From an uncultured bacterium (lineage in GTDB: Bacteria > Babelota > Babeliae > Babelales > Vermiphilaceae): DNA of 64,000 nucleotides. The notes under the pieces were generated by a model. It did no database searches and was not told the DNA's origin. It was given only the letters and a program-made list of their open reading frames with translations. This document shows positions 42,614 to 50,515 of this stretch, one piece after another. The stretch covers positions 15,035-79,034 of the forward strand of contig CAVWHE010000006.1 in NCBI GenBank assembly GCA_963754845.1, written 5' to 3'. Numbering within the stretch: the stretch's first letter is position 1; the number at the start of each line of letters is the position of its first letter. A program made the translations under genes and the position numbers.

Positions 42614-43582
42614 TCAACGGACGGGGAGCCTCTGCTGGACGATGCTTTCTTCGATGAGCGTGGCGACTTGCGTGTGACCTGCTCGTCTGGCAATCTGGAG
42701 TGGAGTCTGATTATAACGGTCGGTACTCGACACCAGTATCTTGGCATAGCCTTCAAGAAGGATGCTCACGATACTGGCAAATCCAAGACGAGCCGCCAGA
42801 TGAAGGGCTGACGTACCGTCCTTGTCAACTATTGTTGGCAAGACCAATTCCTTTGCAAGAATGGCTCTCACAACCCGTGGTCCCTTCTCAAAAACGGCCT
42901 GATGGAGCGCCGGCCACTCGTCGTTGTCGCGCATATTGATTTCCGTATCGCGATCTTCGACAATTTTGCACGCTACGTCCCAGTTATGTTTTTCGATGGC
43001 GAGCATAAGTGCCGTCTTGCCCTCGCTGCTTTTGGCGTTGACGCAGACCCTTGCAAGCCACGGGTGCTCCTGCCGCAAAAGCTCGGTAACGGCGGCTAGT
43101 GAGTTATGAAAGGCAGCATAGTGAAGCGCTGATTGTTGGTACGTATCGACGGCATCGAGATCGATGTCAGGATGGTCCAAAAGAGCTCTAACGATGGCAG
43201 CCGTCTCCGGAGTTCGCGTTCCGCATACAAGATGAAGTGGCGTTTGTCCCACGTTGTTCTTCTTGTTAACGTCTATCCCGGGTGCTTCCAGAAGCGCACG
43301 CACGACGTCCAAAGACCTGAGGGCAAGACCACACTGCATGGCGGCAACATGGAGCGCCGTCATGCACTCCTCGCTCGTCATAACACCATTGACGTCGGCC
43401 TCGCCAGCGGCAATAAGCTGCCGAACGCGTCCACAATCCTTTTTTTCGACAGCGCTAAAAAACTCCTCTTGGGGTGTCATGGGAGCGGCAGCACATGCCG
43501 TGGAACACGTGACAAACAGAGTGAAAACGCAGGCCACAACAGATGGTAATAAACCGGGAAAACACGTGACATACTTTTTCAT
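42614..43582 (-). CDS. Ankyrin-repeat protein with signal peptide
   Basis: The ORF runs 42614..43627. The likely start is ATG 43582 (MKKYVTCFPGLLPSVVACVFTLFVTCSTACAAAP). About 8 ANK repeats are present (TALHVAA, TPLHLVC, SALHYAA, TALMLAI, PALHQAV, SALHLAA, TPLQIAR). Confidence 0.85.
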   Translation of the reverse strand: MKKYVTCFPGLLPSVVACVFTLFVTCSTACAAAPMTPQEEFFSAVEKKDCGRVRQLIAAGEADVNGVMTSEECMTALHVAAMQCGLALRSLDVVRALLEAPGIDVNKKNNVGQTPLHLVCGTRTPETAAIVRALLDHPDIDLDAVDTYQQSALHYAAFHNSLAAVTELLRQEHPWLARVCVNAKSSEGKTALMLAIEKHNWDVACKIVEDRDTEINMRDNDEWPALHQAVFEKGPRVVRAILAKELVLPTIVDKDGTSALHLAARLGFASIVSILLEGYAKILVSSTDRYNQTPLQIARRAGHTQVATLIEESIVQQRLPVR

Positions 43583-43689
43583 CGAAGACCTCGAAAAGCA
43601 CATTGACCAAACAACAACAAAAAGCACACACGATACAACCGCCTATCACAAGACCGCCAACGCACCGGCTGACCGCGCACTGACCACAA

Positions 43690-44409
43690 TCACCGAAGAC
43701 CACCCGTACCATCAAAAAAGGCGATTGGTTGAGCCGGCTGCCGCGACTTTGAAGTACCCCCCGTGTAATTTTCACCGGAGCACGCATCTGATGACACATG
43801 CACGGGACCTGGCTGCACTGGCCTACTTTCGATACGGCATCGATGGCTTATTGCATAGTCCTTCTTCTGACACTCGCATGCATCTTCATCGACAGCGCGG
43901 CGCACGCGTTTGGGGCTGCGCACAGGTTTCTGTTGATCTTCTCCACCACTCGCACCGTCGCCTCCACCCATCTCGGCTAAGGTCCTTTTCCCGCCGGCAA
44001 GACCGTGCGAACACTCGTCGTCAGAAGTACCTGCCCATGACTGTGCTTGAGTACAGTCGTGGTTGGCACGAAACGCGAAACCACTGGAGACACTTTCCTC
44101 GCCAGGCATTATTTCTGGCTCAGCGTCACGCTGACTGCCTAATATGCTTTGATGCAAAAATGGCGGCCCATCAAGAGGTTGGTGGAGAAACGATTGCTTA
44201 TAAAGCTCGGGAAATCTCTCTAAAAGCACCATATGCATGGCACGATTGATGCGCTCCGCACGATTGTCGGCGGCCGCGTCGGCTCTTCTGCTGGCGGCGT
44301 TGTCCTTGCGCGGCCCACCACCGGCCAGGATAGTACCGAAAGCTATTGTCATACACACAACAGCCACATACGATAGTTTAATGTTTAAGTGCGGTAATAT
44401 TTGCTTCAT
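43690..44409 (-). CDS. Hypothetical membrane-anchored, largely disordered acidic protein
   Basis: Its ATG (44409-44407) overlaps the TGA (44408-44406) of the upstream zinc-finger gene as ATGA. The N-terminal TM segment is LSYVAVVCMTIAFGTILAGG. A basic patch SPKRVRRAV is present. I recognised no family. Confidence 0.5.
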   Translation of the reverse strand: MKQILPHLNIKLSYVAVVCMTIAFGTILAGGGPRKDNAASRRADAAADNRAERINRAMHMVLLERFPELYKQSFLHQPLDGPPFLHQSILGSQRDAEPEIMPGEESVSSGFAFRANHDCTQAQSWAGTSDDECSHGLAGGKRTLAEMGGGDGASGGEDQQKPVRSPKRVRRAVDEDACECQKKDYAISHRCRIESRPVQPGPVHVSSDACSGENYTGGTSKSRQPAQPIAFFDGTGGLR

Positions 44410-45200
44410 GGCTTGTTGTCCCCTCGGTACGTAAACTTACTATGAACACATCGCCTGTGGTAGGTAAGTCCACCACAACGAGCAGCCACAAAGCCGCACA
44501 ATTCACATTTAAGCGATCTCTGCTGTACGTGCATCCTGAGGACATGAGTTGCAAGGTCTGACGCGTACGCAGAGGCGTACGAACATTGATTGCATACATG
44601 CCGCTTAACACCTTGGTGAACCGACGAAACGTGTTGTGCAAGATGACCCTTGTACGCTGTTGTAAAGTTGCACTGAGTACACGCAAAGGGCCTTTCTCCC
44701 GTGTGGGTCCGCCTGTGTTCAAGAATTCTTCGGTTCTTGCTAGTCACATAGCCACACTCACTGCAGGCAAACATTCGGCCGGGCAGTGGTACATCGTGTC
44801 CCTCATGGGGGTTGCTCTTGACAGCACATGCAGACAAGTTTGCACCGAGATCGACCCCACCGTCCTGGCACCATGGTATAAAGCCAGCAGGAGCATCGTC
44901 ACCATCGAGCCGACCAGTAGATTCTGACGAGGGTGTTGCTGCGGCAGCAGTAGTAGTATGTGCCGAGACGGCCGCGATGGTACTTCCAGGCAAGGCGTTT
45001 ATATAACCATCACCAGTAGGCAGACGTAAAGGCCCAAGGGGATCTACACCATCGTCACTAACGAAGTCAAACATCGAGTTTCCAAATAAATTCCACGATT
45101 CATGAGCGCGCGGAGGTTCAAAGCTCGCATGTGCACCGTAAGCGGCACCGCACAAAAAACATACAAGAAACGACCTCAAAACTTTTTCGATTATCATCAT
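44406..45200 (-). CDS. Signal-peptide protein with four tandem eukaryote-type C2H2 zinc fingers
   Basis: The ORF runs 44406..45299. The likely start is ATGATG at 45200 (MMIIEKVLRSFLVCFLCGAAYGAHA|S). The fingers lie at nt 44439-44771: FACSECGYVTSKNRRILEHRRTH-TGERPF-ACTQCNFTTAYKGHLAQHVSSVH..HVCNQCSYASAYASDLATHVLRMH..LKCELCGFVAARCGGLTYHRRCVH. All four show C-x2-C-x12-H-x3/4-H spacing. Confidence 0.75.
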   Translation of the reverse strand: MMIIEKVLRSFLVCFLCGAAYGAHASFEPPRAHESWNLFGNSMFDFVSDDGVDPLGPLRLPTGDGYINALPGSTIAAVSAHTTTAAAATPSSESTGRLDGDDAPAGFIPWCQDGGVDLGANLSACAVKSNPHEGHDVPLPGRMFACSECGYVTSKNRRILEHRRTHTGERPFACTQCNFTTAYKGHLAQHVSSVHQGVKRHVCNQCSYASAYASDLATHVLRMHVQQRSLKCELCGFVAARCGGLTYHRRCVHSKFTYRGDNKP

Positions 45201-45500
45201 GGCACAACTTCCTCGCCAAAAAACGTATTTCAAACATGCGCTAGCACCTACAACATCTCTCCAGGAGCTGTAGATACACAACGGTAACAAGCTTAACACA
45301 TTTAGTGCAGCGAGAAAACAGGCGAGTAATTATTAACTAAAACTGTGATAATTTTTTCAAAAATAGTGTGCAAGACGTGATATGCACCACACATAGATGG
45401 CACGAAACCCCCCGCTAGAATTTGTTAGTGAGTACTGAAAGTTCAGCATATGGGTGCCGTGAAAAGCACGTTGTTCTCGGGGGCGCGACCGAGCTTCGTG

Positions 45501-46820
45501 CTAACTTGTGCGCGGGATGAAAACAAGCGGTACGCTTTTAAGGTCAAACGTCGCGCGCAGCACGTTGTCGAAAAATCCCAGCTGACCGTCGCCGAACCAT
45601 CGTGGTTGGTTGACAATCATGAGGAGGGTCGGCGGAGCCGTTTTGACCTGTCGCACACGAAAGAGCTTGAGCAGCTGTGTCTTGTGGTACAGTGGCCGAC
45701 GCGTGAGAGCCTCTTTGCACGCGAACGTGAGCTCATGATCGTTGAGTTTTTGTTCGTATCTTTTCCACACTTTTTCAACAAGGGGCATTATTTTGCCGAT
45801 GTTTTTCCCTGTAGTGCATGAAATAGAAAGATGCTCGACCTTGTCGATGAGATGCGCGTATCCTTCAAGGTCGCGGGCAAGATCGGCCTGCGTCGATTGG
45901 TCGGCCAGGTCGTCCTTATTGAAAAGAATGATGAGCGCTTTGTGAAGGTCAGCAAAGGCGTGAAAGGCGAGCTTGAGTTCCTGGTCGGCAAGCTGTCCTT
46001 CGTGGGCGTCGATCATGAGAATGACAATGTGAGCATCATCAAGTGCCCTCAACGAGCTCTTGACCATCATAGTCTCAAGTCCCTCGTGGACTGAGCGCTT
46101 TCGACGAATACCGGGAGTATCGGTTACGACAATGTCGTGCTTGCAAAAAGCAACGCGTTCGGAAATTGACTCGCGCGTCGTTCCCGGCACGTCTGAAACG
46201 ATGGCGCGCTCTTTGTTGACAAGGAGGTTGAGGAGCGATGACTTGCCGACATTGGGCTTGCCGAGGAGGACGACGTTGTATGCCGCCTTTTCTTCGTCGT
46301 GCGCGTGCCCTGCTGTTTGGGCTAGCTGTTCGACGATGAGTTCGAGCACATCGCCGACGCCCGTACCGTGCTGGCACGACACATCAATTGCCTCCTTAAA
46401 ACCGAGTCGAGCGCACTCAAAGGCGTTTTCAGCCGAGGTCTTAACGTCGCTTTTATTGATAATGAGAATGACATTTTTGCGCTCTTTGTGCAGAAGGCGG
46501 GCGATCGCGCGATCTTCGGCAAGAGGGCCAACGGAGCCGTCGACAACAAAGAGGATAACGTCGGCATGCTCAATCATAGAAAGTGCTCTTTGGCGCGTTT
46601 TTTCAACAAGATCATCGTGAGCTTTCGTGAGACTGACGCCGCCCGTGTCGATGAGCTCAAAGCAGGCGTCCTGCCAGTACACCGTATCGGATACGCAGTC
46701 GCGCGTTACACCGTGACAATCGAACGTGATGGCTTTGACTGACGTCGAAAGACGATTAAAGAGGCTCGATTTGCCGACGTTTGTTCTTCCTGCTATGACG
46801 ACCTTCGCACGTTTTTTCAT
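45501..46820 (-). CDS. der: Ribosome-associated GTPase Der/EngA
   Basis: Two GTPase domains are present (GRTNVGKSSLFNRL ... DTGG ... NKSD, and GKPNVGKSSLLNLL ... DTPG ... NKDD). A KH-like C-terminus follows. The start is placed at ATG 46820 (MKKRAKVVIAG) inside ORF 45501..46916. Confidence 0.9.
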   Translation of the reverse strand: MKKRAKVVIAGRTNVGKSSLFNRLSTSVKAITFDCHGVTRDCVSDTVYWQDACFELIDTGGVSLTKAHDDLVEKTRQRALSMIEHADVILFVVDGSVGPLAEDRAIARLLHKERKNVILIINKSDVKTSAENAFECARLGFKEAIDVSCQHGTGVGDVLELIVEQLAQTAGHAHDEEKAAYNVVLLGKPNVGKSSLLNLLVNKERAIVSDVPGTTRESISERVAFCKHDIVVTDTPGIRRKRSVHEGLETMMVKSSLRALDDAHIVILMIDAHEGQLADQELKLAFHAFADLHKALIILFNKDDLADQSTQADLARDLEGYAHLIDKVEHLSISCTTGKNIGKIMPLVEKVWKRYEQKLNDHELTFACKEALTRRPLYHKTQLLKLFRVRQVKTAPPTLLMIVNQPRWFGDGQLGFFDNVLRATFDLKSVPLVFIPRTS

Positions 46821-46830
46821 GGGATCCTTT

Positions 46831-47568
46831 TTACTGGGAGCCTTCGTACACGATACCTGGAAAGGAGCGCACAAGAGCGCACGCCTTGGGCCACACGCTG
46901 GCGTCTGAAATATCAACTGTCATACGGCGCGCCGGACGCTGTGACGGTGTTTTTGTAGAGGTGCGGTACGCACGCGGCGGTGCCGCTTCTTCGTGCTCGC
47001 GTCCGCACGAAGTTTGTATCACCGGTGGTGAAACAGTACGCGGAAGAGCTGCCTCGCGAGCCTCGTGTTCCTGAACTGTTGCCGTCGGCGACGTCGGTAC
47101 GATGTCGGGAACAAAGAGAGGAATGAGGCGCGCACCCGACCCGAAGATATCGCTAAGTGCCGCCGCCCACGATGCCGTTTCCCTCACAAGAAGTTCTTCA
47201 AAGAAAGCAAATTGTTGCGCAAAAGCGGCAGTGACTTTTTTGTTGTGCTCATCGTATGATCGGTACTGTCCGTGACCAAAAATTGAGCTCAAAAGTGTAT
47301 TGTCAAGCGCTGCAATTTTATCAACAAACGTGCGCCAAAGTCTGAGCCCGGCATCGGCAGGCGTGATAGCGGTAGATACACCCACAGTGCGGATGCTGCG
47401 CTTCGAGTCCTCACTCCCAGTTCGTCGGTGCTCAACGGCGTCGCCTGTATTTCTGCGCAGCTCATCGGTCTGTCGCTGACACGAGGCGATCTTCAGAAGT
47501 GCGGCACGTGGGCGAGGGGGCCTGAGGGATGTGTGAAGGAAAATGCTGCGTTGCCTGCGGGGTCGCAC
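46831..47568 (-). CDS. dnaX: dnaX C-terminal (tau-like) region, in the +1 frame relative to the central dnaX ORF
   Basis: It contains LWRTFVDKIAALDNTLLSSIFGHGQYRSYDEHNKKVTAAFAQQFAFFEELL...LSDIFGSGARLIPLFV. This is the W..fl..i....l.s.l.....d...l.l.f pattern of the DnaX C-terminal domain. It overlaps the end of the central ORF by 107 nt. Its stop lies 8 nt before the der start. Confidence 0.5.
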   Translation of the reverse strand: MRPRRQRSIFLHTSLRPPRPRAALLKIASCQRQTDELRRNTGDAVEHRRTGSEDSKRSIRTVGVSTAITPADAGLRLWRTFVDKIAALDNTLLSSIFGHGQYRSYDEHNKKVTAAFAQQFAFFEELLVRETASWAAALSDIFGSGARLIPLFVPDIVPTSPTATVQEHEAREAALPRTVSPPVIQTSCGREHEEAAPPRAYRTSTKTPSQRPARRMTVDISDASVWPKACALVRSFPGIVYEGSQ

Positions 47569-48514
47569 ATTCTAGCGCCTGCGATGCCTCCACGCCGGAA
47601 ACGCGACAGCCATCGTGGCAGAGGCTCACGAGGAGCATTTCAAGCACAAGATGTTTGCTCGACGTTCGTGCAAACGCCCGTTCGTGGGCATACAGTGTTT
47701 CAAGAATCGTCATGAGACGCTCATGGGTGTATTTTTGTGCAAGGTTCTTGAGCGCGATAGCATGTACATGAGCAACGGGAACCTCAAGCCCGTGATGTGA
47801 CCATACAAGAAAGCGCACAAATTCCATGGACCTCTTCCACACGTAATCAGCGTCGAAGGTTTCAAAGGCGATGCTTCTCAAGAGTTCGACGAGGCGTTGC
47901 TCATTGCGATCGGCGAGGATACTAAAAAGGGCAACCACGTAATCGTCGCTCATGTGTCCGAGGACAGCAAGCACCGTATCAACCGTTATGCGCCCTTTGG
48001 CAAAGCGTACGCGCTCGAGCATGTTGAGGGCGTCGCGTACCGAGCCCTGTGATTCACGTGCGACAATGTCAAGGGCCGGCTCATCCGCAGCTATCGATTC
48101 ATTGGCGCACACGACCGCAAGATGTTTAACAAGCTCGCGCGTGCCGACGGACCCAAAACATACCTGAAAGCACCGCGATCGTACCGTTTCGATGATCTTG
48201 TCCTGGTCCGTCGTTGCTAAAATAAAGACCACCGCATCCGGCGGTTCTTCCAATATCTTAAGCATCGCATTAAAGGCCGCCTTGCTGAGCATGTGAGCTT
48301 CGTCGATCAGATAAATTTTTTTGCGGCCCATGAGCGGCAAAAACGAGGCTGAATCGATGATTTGGCGAACATTATCAACACCCGTATGTGAAGCGGCATC
48401 AATTTCGATAAAATCAGGATGTTTACCGGCTTCCATAGCCGCACATGATGGACATGCACGACAGGGCAGAGTACTGTTTTTAGGATCCTTTTGAAAGTGG
48501 ACAATTCCTGGCAA
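47462..48514 (-). CDS. dnaX: DNA polymerase III subunit gamma/tau, central part
   Basis: It carries a Zn module CRACPSC, then DFIEIDAASHTGVDNVRQII, Walker B KIYLIDEAHMLS and the sensor block FNAMLKILEEPP..VVFILATT. The codon at 48514 directly follows an in-frame TAA. Confidence 0.85.
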   Translation of the reverse strand: MPGIVHFQKDPKNSTLPCRACPSCAAMEAGKHPDFIEIDAASHTGVDNVRQIIDSASFLPLMGRKKIYLIDEAHMLSKAAFNAMLKILEEPPDAVVFILATTDQDKIIETVRSRCFQVCFGSVGTRELVKHLAVVCANESIAADEPALDIVARESQGSVRDALNMLERVRFAKGRITVDTVLAVLGHMSDDYVVALFSILADRNEQRLVELLRSIAFETFDADYVWKRSMEFVRFLVWSHHGLEVPVAHVHAIALKNLAQKYTHERLMTILETLYAHERAFARTSSKHLVLEMLLVSLCHDGCRVSGVEASQALECATPQATQHFPSHIPQAPSPTCRTSEDRLVSATDR

Positions 48515-48736
48515 TTAATGTGCCGCGGCAAAAATACGAGCCATTGACGTTTTTCCCGTGCCCCGTTGTCCCCAAAAAAGATACACGGGAAAAAGATGAC
48601 CGCGATACAAACTATTTTTGAGCATCTTCGCCGACAATTCCTGGCCAATGATCTGGTCAAAGTTTTGCGCCCGCCACTTACGTGCCAGGTTGAGCTGGAT
48701 TTCATTCATGGCAGTACCCATTACAAAACACGACAA
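48515..48736 (-). CDS. dnaX: dnaX N-terminal fragment (73 codons) ending at an in-frame TAA
   Basis: It reads LARKWRAQNFDQIIGQELSAKMLKNSLYRGHLFPVYLFWGQRGTGKTSMARIFAAAH*. This is the standard DnaX N-terminus with Walker A. The TAA lies at 48517-48515 and the same frame continues as LPGIVHFQ.... Confidence 0.7.
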   Translation of the reverse strand: MSCFVMGTAMNEIQLNLARKWRAQNFDQIIGQELSAKMLKNSLYRGHLFPVYLFWGQRGTGKTSMARIFAAAH

Positions 48737-48940
48737 ACGCGATCATCACGCCGCACGAGCCCATAACTTAAGACACGCAGCCAATTACAATCAACGACGT
48801 CACGCTCGGCTACATACAGTGTCATAACAAGAAGGGGAAAATATACAAGAATCATTGCCCCTGCTGCTTTCTTTCGAACCTGACAGATTAAACAACTATT
48901 CTTTATATAGTTTCCCCAATTTTTTAATTGCTGCTCATCC

Positions 48941-49032
48941 TGGCGGAGAGAGAGGGATTCGAACCCTCGATGCCCTTTTCAGGACATACACGATTTCCAA
49001 TCGTGCTCTTTCGACCACTCAGACATCTCTCC
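48941..49032 (-). tRNA. tRNA-Ser (anticodon GGA), CCA encoded
   Basis: The reverse complement is GGAGAGATGTCTGAGTGGTCGAAAGAGCACGATTGGAAATCGTGTATGTCCTGAAAAGGGCATCGAGGGTTCGAATCCCTCTCTCTCCGCCA. It has a 7-bp acceptor stem, an anticodon loop TTGGAAA, a long variable arm and a T-arm GAGGG-TTCGAAT-CCCTC. Confidence 0.9.
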
Positions 49033-49916
49033 TAAACTTTTGGCCGCGTCCGTTGAAAAACACCACCGGCAGGGGCTCCCCCGCGACGTCCACCCGTGCG
49101 TGGACCTTTTGGTCGCGCAACGCCGCCTCGCTCCTCTTCTTCCTCACCGCCTCCCGTCGATCCGGGGGTGGTATTTGCCGTGTCCCCGTCGTCCTGATCG
49201 AACTCACCGGAAGCACCCTCGGCCTTTTTGAGTTTGGCAGTTTGCTTGCCGCGCATCGTCGCTTCTTCAAGGTAGCTTATAATGAGACTGACCGAGCGCG
49301 GTGCATCGTCATTGCCGGGAATAACATAATCGACGAGGGACGGGTCGCCGTTGGTATCAACGAGGGCAATGACGGGGACCTTTGTTGCGGCAGCCTCGCG
49401 CAACGCCGAGGCCTCTTTGTTGACGTCAACGAGAACGATAGCTCCGAGTGGCCACTTGATCTTGACGATACCGCCGATGTTTTTTCGAAGCCGATCAACG
49501 GCTTTCTTAAATCTGTTGAGTTCTTTCTTTTTGTAAAATGTATCGCCGGCTTCCTTGGAGAGCACGTCTTCGTAGTGGAGCAGCTTGGTCACGGATTTCT
49601 TGACCTGCGAATAGTTGCTCAGCGTCCCACCGATCCAGCGATGGTCGACGTAGGGCATGTCCATGCGTTCGGCGGCGGAACGAATAACATCGTGAGCGGC
49701 TTTTTTTGTTCCGACCCACAAGACGGATTTGCCAGCTGCTGCCAACGCTTCAAGAACCTGCGCGGCCCTCTCAAGCTGAACGGCAGTTTTTGAAATGTCG
49801 ATGAGGTGAACGTCGTTCTTGTGACCCCAAATGTAAGGCTCCATGCGCGGACACCACACCGACCGCCGATGTCCAAAGTGAACGCCGGCCTTAACAAGTT
49901 CTCTAAAATCAATCAT
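49032..49916 (-). CDS. rpsB: 30S ribosomal protein S2 with Gly/Arg/Glu-rich C-terminal extension
   Basis: MIDFRELVKAGVHFGHRRSVWCPRMEPYIWGHKNDVHLIDISKT... is the canonical S2 start (ATG 49916 inside ORF 49032..50048). The last ~65 aa are low complexity (GGGEEEEERGGVARPKGPRTGGRRGGAPAGG). The stop codon abuts the first base of tRNA-Ser. Confidence 0.9.
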   Translation of the reverse strand: MIDFRELVKAGVHFGHRRSVWCPRMEPYIWGHKNDVHLIDISKTAVQLERAAQVLEALAAAGKSVLWVGTKKAAHDVIRSAAERMDMPYVDHRWIGGTLSNYSQVKKSVTKLLHYEDVLSKEAGDTFYKKKELNRFKKAVDRLRKNIGGIVKIKWPLGAIVLVDVNKEASALREAAATKVPVIALVDTNGDPSLVDYVIPGNDDAPRSVSLIISYLEEATMRGKQTAKLKKAEGASGEFDQDDGDTANTTPGSTGGGEEEEERGGVARPKGPRTGGRRGGAPAGGVFQRTRPKV

Positions 49917-50234
49917 CCTCAAAACCTTTCCGGTGGTTACGACAATCACCCCTCGGGCACGACAACGTCGGAGGCCACCACGCGAAGAGAGGGGCAAGAA
50001 GAATATCAATCTAGCTAGTATTTTAGCAATCGCCCGATTAAAAAGCAATTAAAAAATCGCACTCACTGTGCTCATGTTTTCCATGGATGGGTGACGGTAT
50101 TTTACGGCCATCACATGCCCAGGGAAGTCACATCAAAAGTCATGTGGTATCATGAGCATGGTTTGCATACGGACCATTTTGTGCTAGATTTGGAACGTGT
50201 GAATGTGGTTGATTATTAGTGTTGCGATAGGCGG

Positions 50235-50308
50235 GGCGGCATAGCCAAGTGGTAAGGCATGGGTCTGCAAAACCCTGATCCCCGGTTCAAATCCGGGTGC
50301 CGCCTCCA
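50235..50308 (+). tRNA. tRNA-Cys (anticodon GCA), CCA encoded
   Basis: The sequence is GGCGGCATAGCCAAGTGGTAAGGCATGGGTCTGCAAAACCCTGATCCCCGGTTCAAATCCGGGTGCCGCCTCCA. The acceptor stem is GGCGGCA/TGCCGCC, the anticodon loop is CTGCAAA and the T-arm is CCCGG-TTCAAAT-CCGGG. Confidence 0.9.
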
Positions 50309-50335
50309 AAATTTGGTCATCTTTATGTCAAGGTT

Positions 50336-50422
50336 GCCGGGATGGCGGAATAGGTAGACGCAAAGGACTTAAAATCCTTCGGGCTAATGCCTGTGCCGGT
50401 TCGAGTCCGGCTCTCGGCACCA
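50336..50422 (+). tRNA. tRNA-Leu (anticodon TAA), CCA encoded
   Basis: The sequence is GCCGGGATGGCGGAATAGGTAGACGCAAAGGACTTAAAATCCTTCGGGCTAATGCCTGTGCCGGTTCGAGTCCGGCTCTCGGCACCA. It has a long variable arm, the T-arm GCCGG-TTCGAGT-CCGGC and the anticodon loop CTTAAAA. Confidence 0.9.
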
Positions 50423-50515
50423 CTGCGTCTTTCTCGCATACGCCTGTCACATTTCTGTATACAGTGGCGCATGTGCAGATGCTCGCGTGCGCTGTGCGCA
50501 CGCGTGTTGTACACT

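Noticed and set aside
43254-44249. 331-aa plus-strand ORF
   Set aside because: It is antisense to the ankyrin gene and to the ATGA-coupled 239-aa ORF. Its composition is low complexity and Arg/His/Thr-rich, typical of the opposite strand of real genes.
48515-48517. Stop-codon reassignment (TAA read as sense), suggested by in-frame TAA codons in dnaX and in the IS30 transposase
   Set aside because: TAA terminates conserved genes at their expected ends in this same window (for example tolR at 1773-1771 and kup at 42589-42591). TGA and TAG are also used as stops (rplU, prmC). A global reassignment is therefore not supported.
48855-49793. 312-aa plus-strand ORF
   Set aside because: It runs antisense across tRNA-Ser and rpsB, which are both unambiguous.
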